From an uncultured Nitrososphaerales archaeon (GTDB lineage Archaea; Thermoproteota; Nitrososphaeria; Nitrososphaerales; Nitrososphaeraceae), in NCBI GenBank assembly GCA_963709405.1, contig CAVPXM010000030.1:193785-257784 (forward strand): a stretch of 64,000 nucleotides of DNA, written 5' to 3'. A program made the position numbers and the translations under genes. This document shows, piece after piece, positions 31,517 through 47,916 of this stretch. Position 1 is the stretch's first letter. Each line of letters begins with the position of its first letter. The notes beneath the pieces are model-generated. The model was not told where the DNA came from and did no database searches. It saw only the letters and a list, made by a program, of their open reading frames with translations.

Positions 31517-32192
31517 GGCTGTGTGAACTTAAAGAAAATCCTATAGCTGAAGATGAGGTCCTATCTCTTTAATATGGTTGCTAAAAGAAATAGGACACCT
31601 TCAAAGCCTGTTGGCTATGGATTGTACTTGTACTTTCTAGGTTTATCATATAGGAATACTTCAAAGGCATTTATCCGGATTCATCAAAGGAAGTAATGTA
31701 TCCATCTGGAAATGGATTCAAAAGTACAGACCTAAAAGAATCAAGCGAAATAGAAAAGGACAACGGAATTTATCATTCATGAAACTATGATAAAAAAGAT
31801 TCGTTCTAATTACATGTGGATTTGGGTTGCAATAGAGTCTGAATCCAAGGAAATTCTTGGAATTAGTGTATCAAAAGAACGAAATATGTTCATTGCAGAG
31901 CGTTTTATTTCATCATCGATAAAAGAATATGGTAAGCATTCAATATCTACAGATGGTGGTACGTGGTATCCACAAGCTTGCAGATTCTTGAGACTAAAGC
32001 ATCACACGCATTCCACATTTGAGAAAAGTCTTGTTGAAAGAACAATGCAGTATATCAAGGATAGAACCAAGAGTTTTGACGACTATTTCCATTGTAGAAA
32101 AGAGAATTGTAGACTAAACATGTACAATATGGTTGACCCTTTTCGTAAACGTGCATAACAAGGGGGAAATAAACGCTTAAGGTAACAGAGCT
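31517..32192 (+). mobile_element. degenerate IS6-family element
   Basis: DDE fragments WIWVAIE, STDGGTWYPQAC and ERTMQYIKDR; imperfect IRs GGCTGTGTGAACTTAA / TTAAGGTAACAGAGCT; 8-bp direct repeat GGGTTCTA at 31509-31516 and 32193-32200. Confidence 0.9.
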
Positions 32193-32243
32193 GGGTTCTA
32201 ATGAATAACACTTAAAATTAGGGGTAATTACTCTTCGCTTAAT

Positions 32244-32402
32244 ATGGCGGCCAGGAAGAATACTTCGAGAAAAAAGAGACTGCTAAGAAAGACTAAACAA
32301 AACAGACCAGTGCCGGCATGGGTTATTATAAGAACTCACAGACATGTCAGAACTAATCCGAAACGTAGATTATGGCGTAAAACAGATGTAAATGTTGGAT
32401 AG
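32244..32402 (+). CDS. rpl39e: 50S ribosomal protein L39e (not in the ORF track)
   Basis: MAARKNTSRKKRLLRKTKQNRPVPAWVIIRT...NPKRRLWRK. Confidence 0.95.
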   Translation: MAARKNTSRKKRLLRKTKQNRPVPAWVIIRTHRHVRTNPKRRLWRKTDVNVG

Positions 32403-32418
32403 AGGATGCGTGAGTTAG

Positions 32419-32751
32419 ATGTCTAGTTCTGAGGAAAGCGAAAGTCGTGTGTATACAATAAATTTAGGCAAGGCATGGATAACCCCTTGCTACAAGAGGA
32501 CGGATAGAGTAATTAGAATGATAAGGGAATTTGCGATAAAGCATATGAAGACTGAAGATGTTAAACTTGATCAAGATCTAAATAGACACATTTGGAAAAA
32601 AGGAAAGACGAATCCTCCAAGAAAGGTACGTGTAAAAATGGTAAAGGATGAGGACGAAACGACAGTCGTATCTCTATTTGAAGAGACGAAGTTAGAAGCG
32701 GTAACGAAACCCTCCGACACTGTCGCTCCTGAACAGACAAACCAGTCCTAA
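32419..32751 (+). CDS. rpl31e: 50S ribosomal protein L31e
   Basis: RVYTINL, LNRHIWKKG..NPPRKVRV motifs; follows rpl39e. Confidence 0.95.
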   Translation: MSSSEESESRVYTINLGKAWITPCYKRTDRVIRMIREFAIKHMKTEDVKLDQDLNRHIWKKGKTNPPRKVRVKMVKDEDETTVVSLFEETKLEAVTKPSDTVAPEQTNQS

Positions 32752-32929
32752 TATCATCACGATGAGGAAAACTCCTTAAAACAGAGTCTATAGAGAAATG
32801 GCAATCTCAGATTTTTGGACAACCACCGATGATCACTTTTGAGTTTTTTTATGATACACCTGCTTCACGCAATTATTACAAGAATCAATAGAATCTTATA
32901 CACGACAACAACATAGCCAATTCATACAA

Positions 32930-33556
32930 ATGCGAATGTGCATAGATCGAATGCTACTAATAACGACCTTGGCAATATGTATTCTAACCTCAGTGATGGT
33001 TATCTCTTCTGTTTCATTTGCTAAAGTCATAGCACAGATGGAACATATGCACAACAACAATGCGACTATTGACACAGGGCCGAAGGCTTACAAGATGTAT
33101 GAAAATTCAACCCTAGGAATCAAATTGCAACACCCAAGAGACTGGCCAGTGTCAGCTCATAAAATAGGGCCCACTATGGTTATTAAATTTAATTCGACTA
33201 GACAAAGTGAAATGGATACCATTCCGCCGGTTGTACTCATCTCAATAGGGAAGTTGCCACCAGGTAATAAGACACTAGCTGATTTGACTCGCATAAATAA
33301 GGCTGAGGCCGCAAAGACGAAGGGGTTTCACCTAATCGAGTCAAATGCGACTAAACTCGGAGGTCTTGATGCGAAAAAAATAATTTACTCTTACAATAGC
33401 TATGACCCCTCACTGACTTTTCCTCTTAATTCTATGGATATTTGGACAGTAAATAATGGTAAGAAATACACGTTTTCATTTATCGATACCCAACACGAAT
33501 TTACGAAACAATTGCCTACAGTAAAAAAGATTCTCGACTCGCTTGAGATAAAGTAA
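32930..33556 (+). CDS. secreted PsbP-like protein
   Basis: signal peptide; YENSTLGIKLQHPRDW, TKLGGLDA and KILDSLEI pattern. Confidence 0.72.
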   Translation: MRMCIDRMLLITTLAICILTSVMVISSVSFAKVIAQMEHMHNNNATIDTGPKAYKMYENSTLGIKLQHPRDWPVSAHKIGPTMVIKFNSTRQSEMDTIPPVVLISIGKLPPGNKTLADLTRINKAEAAKTKGFHLIESNATKLGGLDAKKIIYSYNSYDPSLTFPLNSMDIWTVNNGKKYTFSFIDTQHEFTKQLPTVKKILDSLEIK

Positions 33557-33587
33557 CGATTCTAATTAGATGTGTGCTGCCGCTCTA

Positions 33588-35036
33588 TCATTGCAGCAGG
33601 CTACCACATAATGCATTCGGAGAGACACTCTGTACTCTTACTTGCAATTCTGCGCCAAGAATGTTATCGGCAGACTCCTTTGACAATCCGCACTGCGTGA
33701 ATGGTATAAATATTGGCTTATACGCATAATTCCTTCCCACCAGTGCATCTTTTGTTACTTCATCGACCAAAATTTTGCCTACCCAATTTTTCCAAAATTG
33801 ATTTTGCTCATAACATATTTTTTTTACTAATAGATGAAGTCTCTCTGTTCTCCTCTTTACTACTTGTGAATCTATCTTGTTCCTTTCAGAAGCTCGTGTT
33901 CCTGGCCTAGAACTATATTTAGAAATATTCACAACATCAGGCCGAACCTCTGAAATTAAAGAAAGCGTATCTTGAAAGTCTGCCTCTGTTTCGGACGGAA
34001 ATCCAACAATTATATCCGTTGCGATAGTGATCTCGGGTATCTCGTTTCTAAGCATCTTGACGATTTTTCTAAATATGTCAACTGTGTGACCACGCTTCAT
34101 CATTTTTAGTATTCTGTCACTTCCGCTTTGAACAGGGATGTGAATAAACTTGAAAATCTTTTTATTTTGTTCAAAAACCTTCACTAACTCTTCTTCCATG
34201 CTTGGGATATACATAGGATTCATCATTCCTATTCTTATCATAAAATTAGCATCAATTTCTACACATGAATTCAACAGATGAACCAAGTCTACTCCAATGT
34301 CTCTGCCATAGCAGCCATTGTCAGTGGAGGACAGCCAAATTTCCTTGCACCCTTCAGATATATCTCCACTTATTTGTCTAGTTATCTCACCGACGCGATA
34401 ACTCTTTAACCATCCTCTGGCTAGCTTCGTCTGGCAAAAAGTACATTCACTAAGACATCCTGTTGATATTTCTACTATTGATATAATGCGATTAAGTCGA
34501 ATTCTGGGTATATTCAGTTTAGATAATACCGAGTCCTCAAGCGCTACCATTTTTTCACTATTAAGAGCAGATCTTACAACTTGGACTGTCTGATCGATAG
34601 AATTAGGACCAATCAAAGATGCACTCAGATTCGCTGATTCAACTTTACTTCTGTCTGCCTTTGCAAGGGAGCCTGCAACAACAATTGGTCTCCTCGACTT
34701 TGTAATTTCATTAATCCGATGAATCATTCTATGTTCAGTTGAATCCTTAACTGAGCACGTAACTATGATACTGGCATCTGCTTCCTTTTGATCTACTGCC
34801 ATATCAAACCCATCAGCTGTGAGTAATCCTTTAATTATTTCAGAATCCGCAATATTTGAAGGACAACCATAAGCTTCGATCCATATCTTTCGTTTTGAAG
34901 TGGACTCGCTCAGAACTCTGCTATTTACAGGGCTTGGATTGGCTAGACTATTCGAGATAGCTGGATATCCATAATTTTGGTCGTTTTTTTCTGTAAATGC
35001 TCTCTCATCTATTATTTTTTTTTCAGACCGCAACAA
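33588..35036 (-). CDS. mtaB: archaeal tRNA t6A methylthiotransferase (MtaB/MiaB-like radical SAM)
   Basis: YGCPSN, TCSV, GCLSECTFC, HIPVQSGSD and DIIVGFPSET motifs; TRAM-like C-terminus. Confidence 0.9.
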   Translation of the reverse strand: MLRSEKKIIDERAFTEKNDQNYGYPAISNSLANPSPVNSRVLSESTSKRKIWIEAYGCPSNIADSEIIKGLLTADGFDMAVDQKEADASIIVTCSVKDSTEHRMIHRINEITKSRRPIVVAGSLAKADRSKVESANLSASLIGPNSIDQTVQVVRSALNSEKMVALEDSVLSKLNIPRIRLNRIISIVEISTGCLSECTFCQTKLARGWLKSYRVGEITRQISGDISEGCKEIWLSSTDNGCYGRDIGVDLVHLLNSCVEIDANFMIRIGMMNPMYIPSMEEELVKVFEQNKKIFKFIHIPVQSGSDRILKMMKRGHTVDIFRKIVKMLRNEIPEITIATDIIVGFPSETEADFQDTLSLISEVRPDVVNISKYSSRPGTRASERNKIDSQVVKRRTERLHLLVKKICYEQNQFWKNWVGKILVDEVTKDALVGRNYAYKPIFIPFTQCGLSKESADNILGAELQVRVQSVSPNALCGSLLQ

Positions 35037-35155
35037 AATACTTTAGAATCACGGTTTCTAATATATCAACCAATCACAAAATAATCAGTAGAGCTTTCGT
35101 CTAAATGTCTATGAAACCTGTTCCAGTAACGACCAAATTCGCGTAGATGGTATAG

Positions 35156-35347
35156 TTAAGTTTCTACCGTTTTAACTTGATTTCTTGGGTTGCTTCGTAT
35201 CGGATTGGAGGCCGAAGTCCAACCTATAATTTCACAGTCGCACTTATCATACTTTCTCATAAATCGACCACATTTTTCGCAAATCTTTATGGCATATAGA
35301 TTTACCTCGTCCACTTCTTTGGTCATTATAAGAACGGACATGTACAC
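35156..35347 (-). CDS. small Cys-rich hypothetical protein
   Basis: CEKCG...KCDC; the only ORF in this gap. Confidence 0.4.
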   Translation of the reverse strand: MYMSVLIMTKEVDEVNLYAIKICEKCGRFMRKYDKCDCEIIGWTSASNPIRSNPRNQVKTVET

Positions 35348-35517
35348 TTACTTCTACTGTCTAATATAAAAATTTTGTACTCTAATGAAGTCTGGCTGAT
35401 GTATTACATATTTCGCACTAAAATGTCAATATTTTGAACGATATTAACAAAAGTTAACAAATTTATGATTGTGCTAATTGTATGTAGATATTGAAAATTT
35501 CGAGAATAGACAAGGAA

Positions 35518-36886
35518 TTACTTGTTAGCCAAGGAATTTTTGGACAGAAGACGGCGAGTAGAATCTAGTAATATCTCAACATCACGCTCAGTATGAGCCT
35601 CTGAAAATGCGCCCATCTTTAGAGGAAGGAAAAATATTCCATGGTTTGACATCAAAGCAAAATGATATCGTCTTAACATATTTCTATCAGACAGGCCCAC
35701 GTCAGTGGCATTATGAATCTGGTTCACTTTATCATTCAGAAAATGGGTACAGAAAATAGAACCAACCCCAGTAATATCTACTGGAACTCCTGCCTCGGAA
35801 AAAATTTTGCTCAAGCCTCTCCTTGTTTGATTGCCAAGTTTATCTATTTTTGAATATAAAGAATTTTTATTTTTGATAAGGTAAGTGAGATTAGCAATGC
35901 CTGCTGTCATTGTCATTGGATTTGCAGAAAAAGTCCCACCGCCGATAGCACAGCATGACTCTTTGGAGTCTCTTTTCACAGGATCCGCAAGGGACATCAC
36001 TTCTCTTTTGCCACAAAGCACTCCTATCGGCATTCCTCCGCCGACTATTTTACCTAAAGTGAATATATCTGGATCCAATTTATAATAATCAATGGCGCCT
36101 TTTAGAGATAACCTGAAGCCCGTTACGATTTCATCAACTATGAACATGCTGTCGTTTCTCCTTGCAAACTCTTGAAGACCTTTTAAGTAACCTTCCACTG
36201 GTGGGATGCAACCTGCCCCCCCTAGAACGGGCTCAACAATTATGCCAGCTCAGATCATCTTTGATAGCTTCAAGAATCATTAGAGAGCGGTTCAGATCGT
36301 TAAATGGAATAGACTCAATGAACTGCTCCTCGTCCTGGATTAAGCCGGGGCCTTCATCAAATTCGAACGGGTAATTTACTGATTGCAGCAATGGAGTATT
36401 AAACCCATGCCAACCTCCGATTATTTTAGCAATCACTCTTCTGCCTGTTCTGGCACGTGCCAGGCGGACAGCATACATTGTTGCCTCCGATCCAGTACTA
36501 CTAAAACGCAGAAGTTCTGCATGAGGCATGATCTTTTGAATCAAACCGCCAAGTTCTACACTAGCATCGTTTACTGTTCCGTACAGCGTACCTTTTCTTA
36601 CCTGCTTTGACAATGCATCAGTGATGGGCTTCGACGAATGTCCAAGTATGAGAGCCCAATGACCCATCCAGTAGTCAGTATATCTATTGCCATCAATATC
36701 GTACAAAGATTTCCCTTTAGATTTATTAACAAAGAAAGGATATGGTTGGAAGTACCGAATATTGTGACTTATGCCACCTGGAAAGATATTTGCAGATTTA
36801 TGATAGAGATGCCATGACTTTAATGTATTACGTTTATACGCGCCTTCAAAGTTAGAATAGCTCATTTGTAACAGGCAAGATATCAT
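35518..36886 (-). CDS. hemL: glutamate-1-semialdehyde aminotransferase, +1 frameshift at about 36245
   Basis: PGGISH, SSTGSEA, DEIVTGFR, LGKIVGGGMP and GGTFSANP motifs; repair gives DDLSCIIVEPV. Confidence 0.92.
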
Positions 36887-37213
36887 TTGCTTGTATCTTT
36901 ATTTGTTTGTAAACTAAACGTACACGATAATATGGAGGAGTTACTGTCAAAAGGATCATTATACATTTATTTCAACTTATTATGTCGCATTTCCATGATA
37001 TTTTTCAAGCAAGATCTGCAGATCAGAGTGAATGATTAAGGCCAGTTTACGAAGTGCTCATTCTTGCGAAGATTTATATTCTAATCATGTAAGAGAACAC
37101 TAAACGCAATGTAAAAGGCGGCGTTGGTGATGACTTTGGTCTTAGTGCCATGCAATGATTCACTGACCTCCAGTTGCGCTTATAATATGGAGATTCAATT
37201 CAAAAGAATTGGA

Positions 37214-37261
37214 TCTGACGATCACACAACCCGCACAAAAACAAGTTATCCGGCCGTACTC
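37214..37261 (+). other. 5' arm of the 16S pre-rRNA processing stem (bulge-helix-bulge)
   Basis: pairs with 38755-38801, with staggered AAA bulges. Confidence 0.8.
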
Positions 37262-37283
37262 TTTAAAATCACGAAATGGATTG

Positions 37284-38753
<1,470 letters not shown>

Positions 38754-39090
38754 CGAGTCGAGGCCGGGTAACTTTGTGTAAAGGGTGGTGTGATCGTTAG
38801 AGTAAAGAGGAGAAGAACAATGCAGTTCTCTATCGTATAAATAGAGAATGAAGGACAGAGTGATCTAGAAGATCGCTATGAGAGTCGTGCATAGGATCAA
38901 TCAACAGCCACAAATAATGTTATTAGAATGCATGCATAATGCATTCTAGTAACTCTGACAGAAGTTAATTATGTGGAGAGGTTAGACTTTGAATATTTGC
39001 GTGCATATATTCGCGTAAACCTCTGATGTATTATAATGCTGACTAACCACTAGAACTTAGCGAGAATTGTAAATCCCTGATAAGATAATT

Positions 39091-42048
<2,958 letters not shown>

Positions 42049-42099
42049 TAAATTAGCTGTATTATCCAAACGATGGACATATCATGGTGTCGTCGTTTG

Positions 42100-42215
42100 T
42101 GAATTCTGCAAGCAGTGGTTTACCATTGATAGCTGGTTAGTCACGGATAATGCATCAGAATACGTAAAGGATGTATGCACTCCTGTATTCATGTGTTGTG
42201 TTGATTGATCCTGTG
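42100..42215 (+). other. 3' arm of the 23S pre-rRNA processing stems
   Basis: TGGTTAGTCA..ATGCATCAGA..TATGCAC pairs with about 39001-39050; TTGATTGATCCTGTG pairs with about 38890-38906. Confidence 0.75.
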
Positions 42216-42382
42216 TAACTTTTTTTCATTATTAAATACAAATCTGAAAGTATAGTTCTTGTCTTTTTAAATCCTAGAGAAAGAGATACAGACATTAGGA
42301 AAAATCTTATTTTGTTGTGTTACTAGGGGTACGATTAGATTAAATTTAGGGTGATACACGTCCAGATCGAAAGTAACAAGTA

Positions 42383-43478
42383 ATGGCATCTTTGTCTTTA
42401 TCCAGTACAATAGAGAATGAGCATCCTAGATCGGTCTCTGCAGCAATCTCTGACAGATCTCCCCATATTAAAAAACCAAGGGTGATTTGTCTTTCCCATA
42501 AGGAGGACGTGGATGGTTTAGCTTCCTCTGTATTGATTACAGCAGCATACAAGTCAGCAATCTCAGTTATGCTTGTAGATTACGCGAATATTATCTCAAG
42601 GCTGAATCAAATTGTTAGTATCACTTCAACACCGGATGGAAATGGAAGATCTGGAATGCTGTTTATTTGCGATCTTGGATTGAATAAAAAAGTTGAAAAG
42701 AAGTTCATCGAAAATATCGAAAGAATTATTGCAAATGGTTACAGGGTAACATATATAGATCATCATGATTTGAGTCAAGATACTCGTAATGCACTAAAAA
42801 AAATTGGTGTGAAGCTAATTCATTCGCTTCAAGAATGTACAAGTGTTCAAATTTATAAGATATTCAAAAAGAGGCTCGACCCGCGTGCGTCGTTCTATGC
42901 TGCTGCCTGGTGCTCTAACTGACTACATGGAGGATAGACCGATCGCCTCCTCTATTTCGTCTAGATTTGACAGACAGTTTCTGATGCTGGAATCGACAGT
43001 ATTATCTTATATCATCTCGGCAAATCAACATGATGATGAATACTTGTACAATTTAGTAAATGATTTGTCTCAGATGAAATTTCCACATGAGATTGAAGGA
43101 GGTTTTTCGATTGCCCAGAGGTATGCAAAGAAAATTTCTGAAGGTGCGAAGTTACTTTATGACTCAATTGTTAAGCGCAAAAATATCGCATATGCTCATA
43201 GCAACTTGGATCTATCTTCTAGTATGGTGGTCAACTTTGTGTTAGGTGCGTCTGAAAAACCTGCAGCAATGGTCTATAAATTCAGAGATGAAATCAAGTC
43301 ATATGTTATTTCAATCCGCGGTTCAAAGGATTGTAAAACTCATCTAGGTAGATTAGTCAATGATGTTGCGTTAGAGATTGGGGGAAGTGGGGGAGGTCAT
43401 GATAAAGCATGTGGAGCGGTTGTCCCCAGGGATAAATTAGAATTGTTTATTGAACGCCTGGATAGTGGTATAAGATAG
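42383..43478 (+). CDS. DHH/DHHA1 family phosphoesterase, +1 frameshift at about 42906
   Basis: DVDG, ICDLG, IDHH and GGSGGGHDKACG motifs; repair gives FYAAAGALTDYME. Confidence 0.9.
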
Positions 43479-44067
43479 TCTTTAGCCGTTGACTTCAAGG
43501 TTGAAAAGTGATACAGTAACGAACTATTCGATGTAACTTTGCTCTTATATAAGAGCTGGCAGAACTAATATTTTGGCTAGGTCGATGAGGAAAGTATAAG
43601 TTGACCATCCAAAATCTAGGAAACTACTACAAAATTAGAGTTAGAACAGAATACCTTATGATTCTATAAACGAAACTAAGGATAAGCTCTAACATATGCA
43701 TATGCATACAAACGATATGATTAAGAGTCTTGTAATATCGCATGTAATTAGTTTGTAAAGTGAATATGATTACTACTTGGTCGACGTGATTCCTCTGTCT
43801 AAAGTATGACTGATGGTTATGAGTTAAGATTCCAACTTGATGAAGTTAGTTGCTCTATAGAAAACCTATGAAGCATCAGTTTTTTAATTCTAATTAACCA
43901 TCTAGGTTTTACAGAAAAAGAGCACCTCCTACTGTACAATGCTATTAAGCAAGAGCGGAGGGGATTAGATAGCAAATATTGCGAAGAATCAGTACCATCC
44001 ATTTACACGTTATTAGTTTGACAGAAACTGAGACGAGTTGACCATCTTTCGTGGAACGATGATCAAT

Positions 44068-45108
44068 TCAGGAGACTCCTATCCATCCCACGTGTTTGAA
44101 GTATAGGAGCATAAGTGCAGTAGATATTACGGTGGCTGCTAGGAGAACAATAAAAGTGCTGTAGGGGCCCAAGAAAGTCCAGGGCCCAGTTTGGTTGTCA
44201 CCTGGAATATGTACATTCATCCCATAGAAAGTACTGATCACAGTAACTGGGATAGATAACGTAAATAGAATCGTTAGTACCGACAAGATCTTGTTGGATT
44301 TCTCGCTACTTAACATGAAATCAGTGTCCTTATAGATCTCTATTGTCTCTCTTGATCCATCCAGTGTTTCAAGTACCTTGTCTATATGGTCCTTTACGTC
44401 ATAAAAATATCTGGTAAGGTCTTCATTAGAAAATTGTTGTACATCCCTTGCCAATTCACCGACAATTCTTCTTAGAGGCATTACAATCCGTCTTAAGACG
44501 GTTATCTCCCTTCTCAGAACAGAAATTTCCCTTGCTTCAGATATTTTGGCATCGAATACCGCCTCTTCTATATCATCTAGATTGCCTACGATCTTCATGA
44601 GGATGTGAAAAAGATCGTCAACCAACACGTCTATTATTGTGTGCAATAAATAGCCGGAGGTCTTGCCCATCAGATTTTCACGTTGCTTGGCATCATTGGA
44701 GCAGACCTGAAACAACTCGATTAATGGTTCTAATTCACCTTGGTGAATTGTGACTAGATAATCAGTACCAAGAAAGATGGATAGCTGACTAACTTTCGGC
44801 ACATTTTTTTCCTTGTCTTTGGTTGGAAAATGTAATATGATAAATATATGATCTTTGTATCTGTCAATTTTTGGAAGTTGTGTTTTAGAAAGTGAGTCTT
44901 CTAGGTTTAGATCGTGAAACGAGAACATTTTTTCGAGATATCCCATATCCTCGCGAGTAGGCCTGGGTAAATCTATCCATTTCAGGCCATTATTACTAAT
45001 TGTATTCAACGCCCTATGGAAGTTTATCTCCATTCCAAATTTTCGCTTCTTGCTCTTCCAGAATAATGAACCCTTATATTCCATTCTTTTTTTCCTCTCG
45101 CTACTCAC
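44068..45108 (-). CDS. corA: CorA Mg2+/Co2+ transporter
   Basis: WIDL and YGMN signature; two C-terminal TM helices. Confidence 0.93.
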   Translation of the reverse strand: MSSERKKRMEYKGSLFWKSKKRKFGMEINFHRALNTISNNGLKWIDLPRPTREDMGYLEKMFSFHDLNLEDSLSKTQLPKIDRYKDHIFIILHFPTKDKEKNVPKVSQLSIFLGTDYLVTIHQGELEPLIELFQVCSNDAKQRENLMGKTSGYLLHTIIDVLVDDLFHILMKIVGNLDDIEEAVFDAKISEAREISVLRREITVLRRIVMPLRRIVGELARDVQQFSNEDLTRYFYDVKDHIDKVLETLDGSRETIEIYKDTDFMLSSEKSNKILSVLTILFTLSIPVTVISTFYGMNVHIPGDNQTGPWTFLGPYSTFIVLLAATVISTALMLLYFKHVGWIGVS

Positions 45109-45221
45109 TTTGAATGAGTTAGTTAGCTGGGATCGCTGTTAATACATGCATTGAGACTAGTAAAATTGAATCACAAGTAATGAATAATGAATAAATATGG
45201 AATAGGAGTCAGCTACTGCTA

Positions 45222-47049
45222 TTGCTTAGTCGTTCGAATAGCTATATATCAATTTTTACAGCCTTATTCTTTGTAGCGCTTTTAGTTTCGACCTCTTTAT
45301 TTATATCTGAATATTTTAATCAAAAAGCTTTTGGAGACGGGCTTACTCAAGAAAATCTTCCCCCTGCTACGGTTGGAAATAGAAAGGCGAGTCTCTTTGT
45401 TAAAGTAAGCCCGCCAATTCTAACTACTGATACTCGAGGTAATACCTATCTGCAACTTCGCTTATTTGACGCTAATACCAACGAAACTATCCAGCATGTT
45501 ACTTACGATATTTCAGTTACTAAAGGCACCACCCAAGCAGGACCGGGAACAAAGCCAATTTTGAGGGACTTCTTCCATGCTCACAACGGTTTATTGACTT
45601 TAAAAATACAACCAGTCAATAGCAGTGGTGGACAAGTTACAATTTATGGTGAAAGAGATCCATTTCAAAATGCATGGGTAGCCGATCCAGGCGGTTCAAT
45701 TAATATAAGAGGCCCAGTCTTGCTTGGCGGAGGACTGTATCATATTCATATAGAAATCTTTGGAATTGATAACGATAGAAACCTTTTCATACCTGATCAA
45801 GCACCAAAATATGATTCTTATCTTAGTGTAGGTGATGTTTATCGTAACAACATAGCAGATCCTAGCAGTGGTCAAAAATTTAATACGACGCTTATCTCAT
45901 ACTACGACAAAATTAACGATTTCAAATTTGATCCAAATACAAAGAATATAACCTGGCAGATGCCCTTTGATTGGAACTTGTCACGAATCAAGAAGCAGAA
46001 CATATTTGTACACGAAGAGCTTAGGTTGCCAAAATCCTGGAAGGGCTTTGTGGGCAGTGGATTTGCTGGTTCGTTCAATGCTACAGTCAATGGTATTCCC
46101 ATAACAGGACGATCATTGGCCATAGATCCATTCTCTTATCCAAATGCTCTGGTTCTACATTATCTAATTAACAAAGATGAACTCATAAAGATAGCAGAGG
46201 CAAGACAACAACAACAACAAGGACAGCAAGGACAAGGAGGGCTAACCGCAAATAGCTCTTCTCTCAATGCTGCTAATATTAATAATAAAACATCAACAAC
46301 GGTATCGAATTCAACTAAAGTAGGATCTTCATCTGCGACTGTTAATAAGACGGCCTACCACAATGGAGGTATCTTAATGAATAAGGGTAATATTTACAAT
46401 CAGAATATAGCTAGACCAAAACTTATTTTGGTGGCAGACCAACAGTAACAATACCATTAATAATAACAGTAGTTCGATTAGTTCTCTCAATAGACAAAAA
46501 GTATCAAGCGAAGGTGTAATGTCATTTACATTAATGAGCAACACTGAATCTAATAAGACAGCTTCTTCTGCTTCTGCTTCTGCTTCTGCGCAAACCTCTT
46601 CAGATTTAGTTACTGATACGGGGGCAATTCATGTAATTGTTACTTGGTCACCTAATCCACTGGCACCCTCTAAGGAATCAACTGTAAAAATTCAATTCTC
46701 TGATGCTCTGACCTCAGGACCATTGAATGCAGATGTAAAGTACGATCTAATGATACTTAATAAAAATGGTACAACGGCGATAAAAAAAGATAATCTTGTA
46801 GCCAAAAATGGAACAGGGACACAGACAGTTACATTTCCAGCAAAGGATGTATATCAATTAGAGATACGTATAAAGGCCTTACAAAGAACAGGACAATCTG
46901 TACCGGATTTAACTAGAAGTGGAATTGCAAGAGGATATGTGGTAGTTCCAGAATTTCCATCAGCTACCGGGGCAGCACTCTTGATAGGGGGCTTATTCGT
47001 AGTTGCAATTTTCTTTACCCGTAGATTCAAAACCTCTTATAAAATCTAG
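45222..47049 (+). CDS. secreted surface protein with PEFG-CTERM-like anchor, +1 frameshift at about 46438
   Basis: signal peptide, Q/N/S-rich linker, and C-terminal VVPEFP plus TM helix plus RRFK; the frame is open from 46411 into ORF 46519. Confidence 0.8.
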
Positions 47050-47379
47050 AATTCGCAAGATTGATTGATCTCCATTTGATATTAATGTGCAAAAACAACA
47101 GAATATTTGATACTCCTTGTAGTCATCTTGGATCCAATCTCTATCATATTGTGACTTGTTGTTTTTATGATAGGATTCGCAAAATGTCCGGTTCTACGTG
47201 GCATATCTGGAAATAGAAAAAATCGAGCGTGCATACTGATGTAGCCGATAGTCGGTTACATATCGATCCTTGATTGGATATTGGTTCTTATACAATCCAT
47301 GTGCTTCTATCTATTCTTCCGTCATGATAGTCTATACCGGTATATTCATAATGGATGAAAACCCTCATCGGAATGAGTA

Positions 47380-47781
47380 GTGTTGGCAGTGCTATTCTTT
47401 GATGATATCTCTCGGAAATTATTTGATGAATTACCACAAAGTAATGTCGCCAGTTCTAAGGTAATGTTGAATATTGATTCGTTTAATATTGGTCAGAGTT
47501 ATGTGACCGCGAAGATTGAAAATAAGTTTGGAGATAATATCGAGATGAATATTCAAGGAGGAAAAGGCGGAATAGAACTCCAGGAAACCCTGTTTAATAT
47601 TCCCAGGTTAGATAAGCCTCGCTTTGCTTATCTTGCGACTACGATTAAGGATAACGGATGTTTGTTATTGAGAAAATTGCCGATATTAGGAATCAGAGAC
47701 TGGCTCCTTGTCTATGACGATACCCTTTTTCTTTTGGCGGTTAAGGACGCCTACGATGAGCTAGAGATACTTATTGTGTGA
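47380..47781 (+). CDS. hypothetical protein
   Basis: 133-aa ORF with globular composition. Confidence 0.6.
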   Translation: MLAVLFFDDISRKLFDELPQSNVASSKVMLNIDSFNIGQSYVTAKIENKFGDNIEMNIQGGKGGIELQETLFNIPRLDKPRFAYLATTIKDNGCLLLRKLPILGIRDWLLVYDDTLFLLAVKDAYDELEILIV

Positions 47782-47916
47782 TTAGATGCGAAAAAGAATC
47801 TTATCCGTCGAATAAACAAGATTGCGTCATACCTCGATTCGCACATGCCTTTGAAATATTGGAGATTTGCTCTCGTCACATATACATACTTCCTGAAACT
47901 AAATACAAAACAAATT

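Noticed and set aside
2657-36610. Many antisense or overlapping ORFs (e.g. 3230, 4880, 15095, 18569, 28169)
   Set aside because: Shadow frames of well-identified genes
43817-44002. 61-aa ORF downstream of corA
   Set aside because: No motif and atypical composition, so it is unsupported
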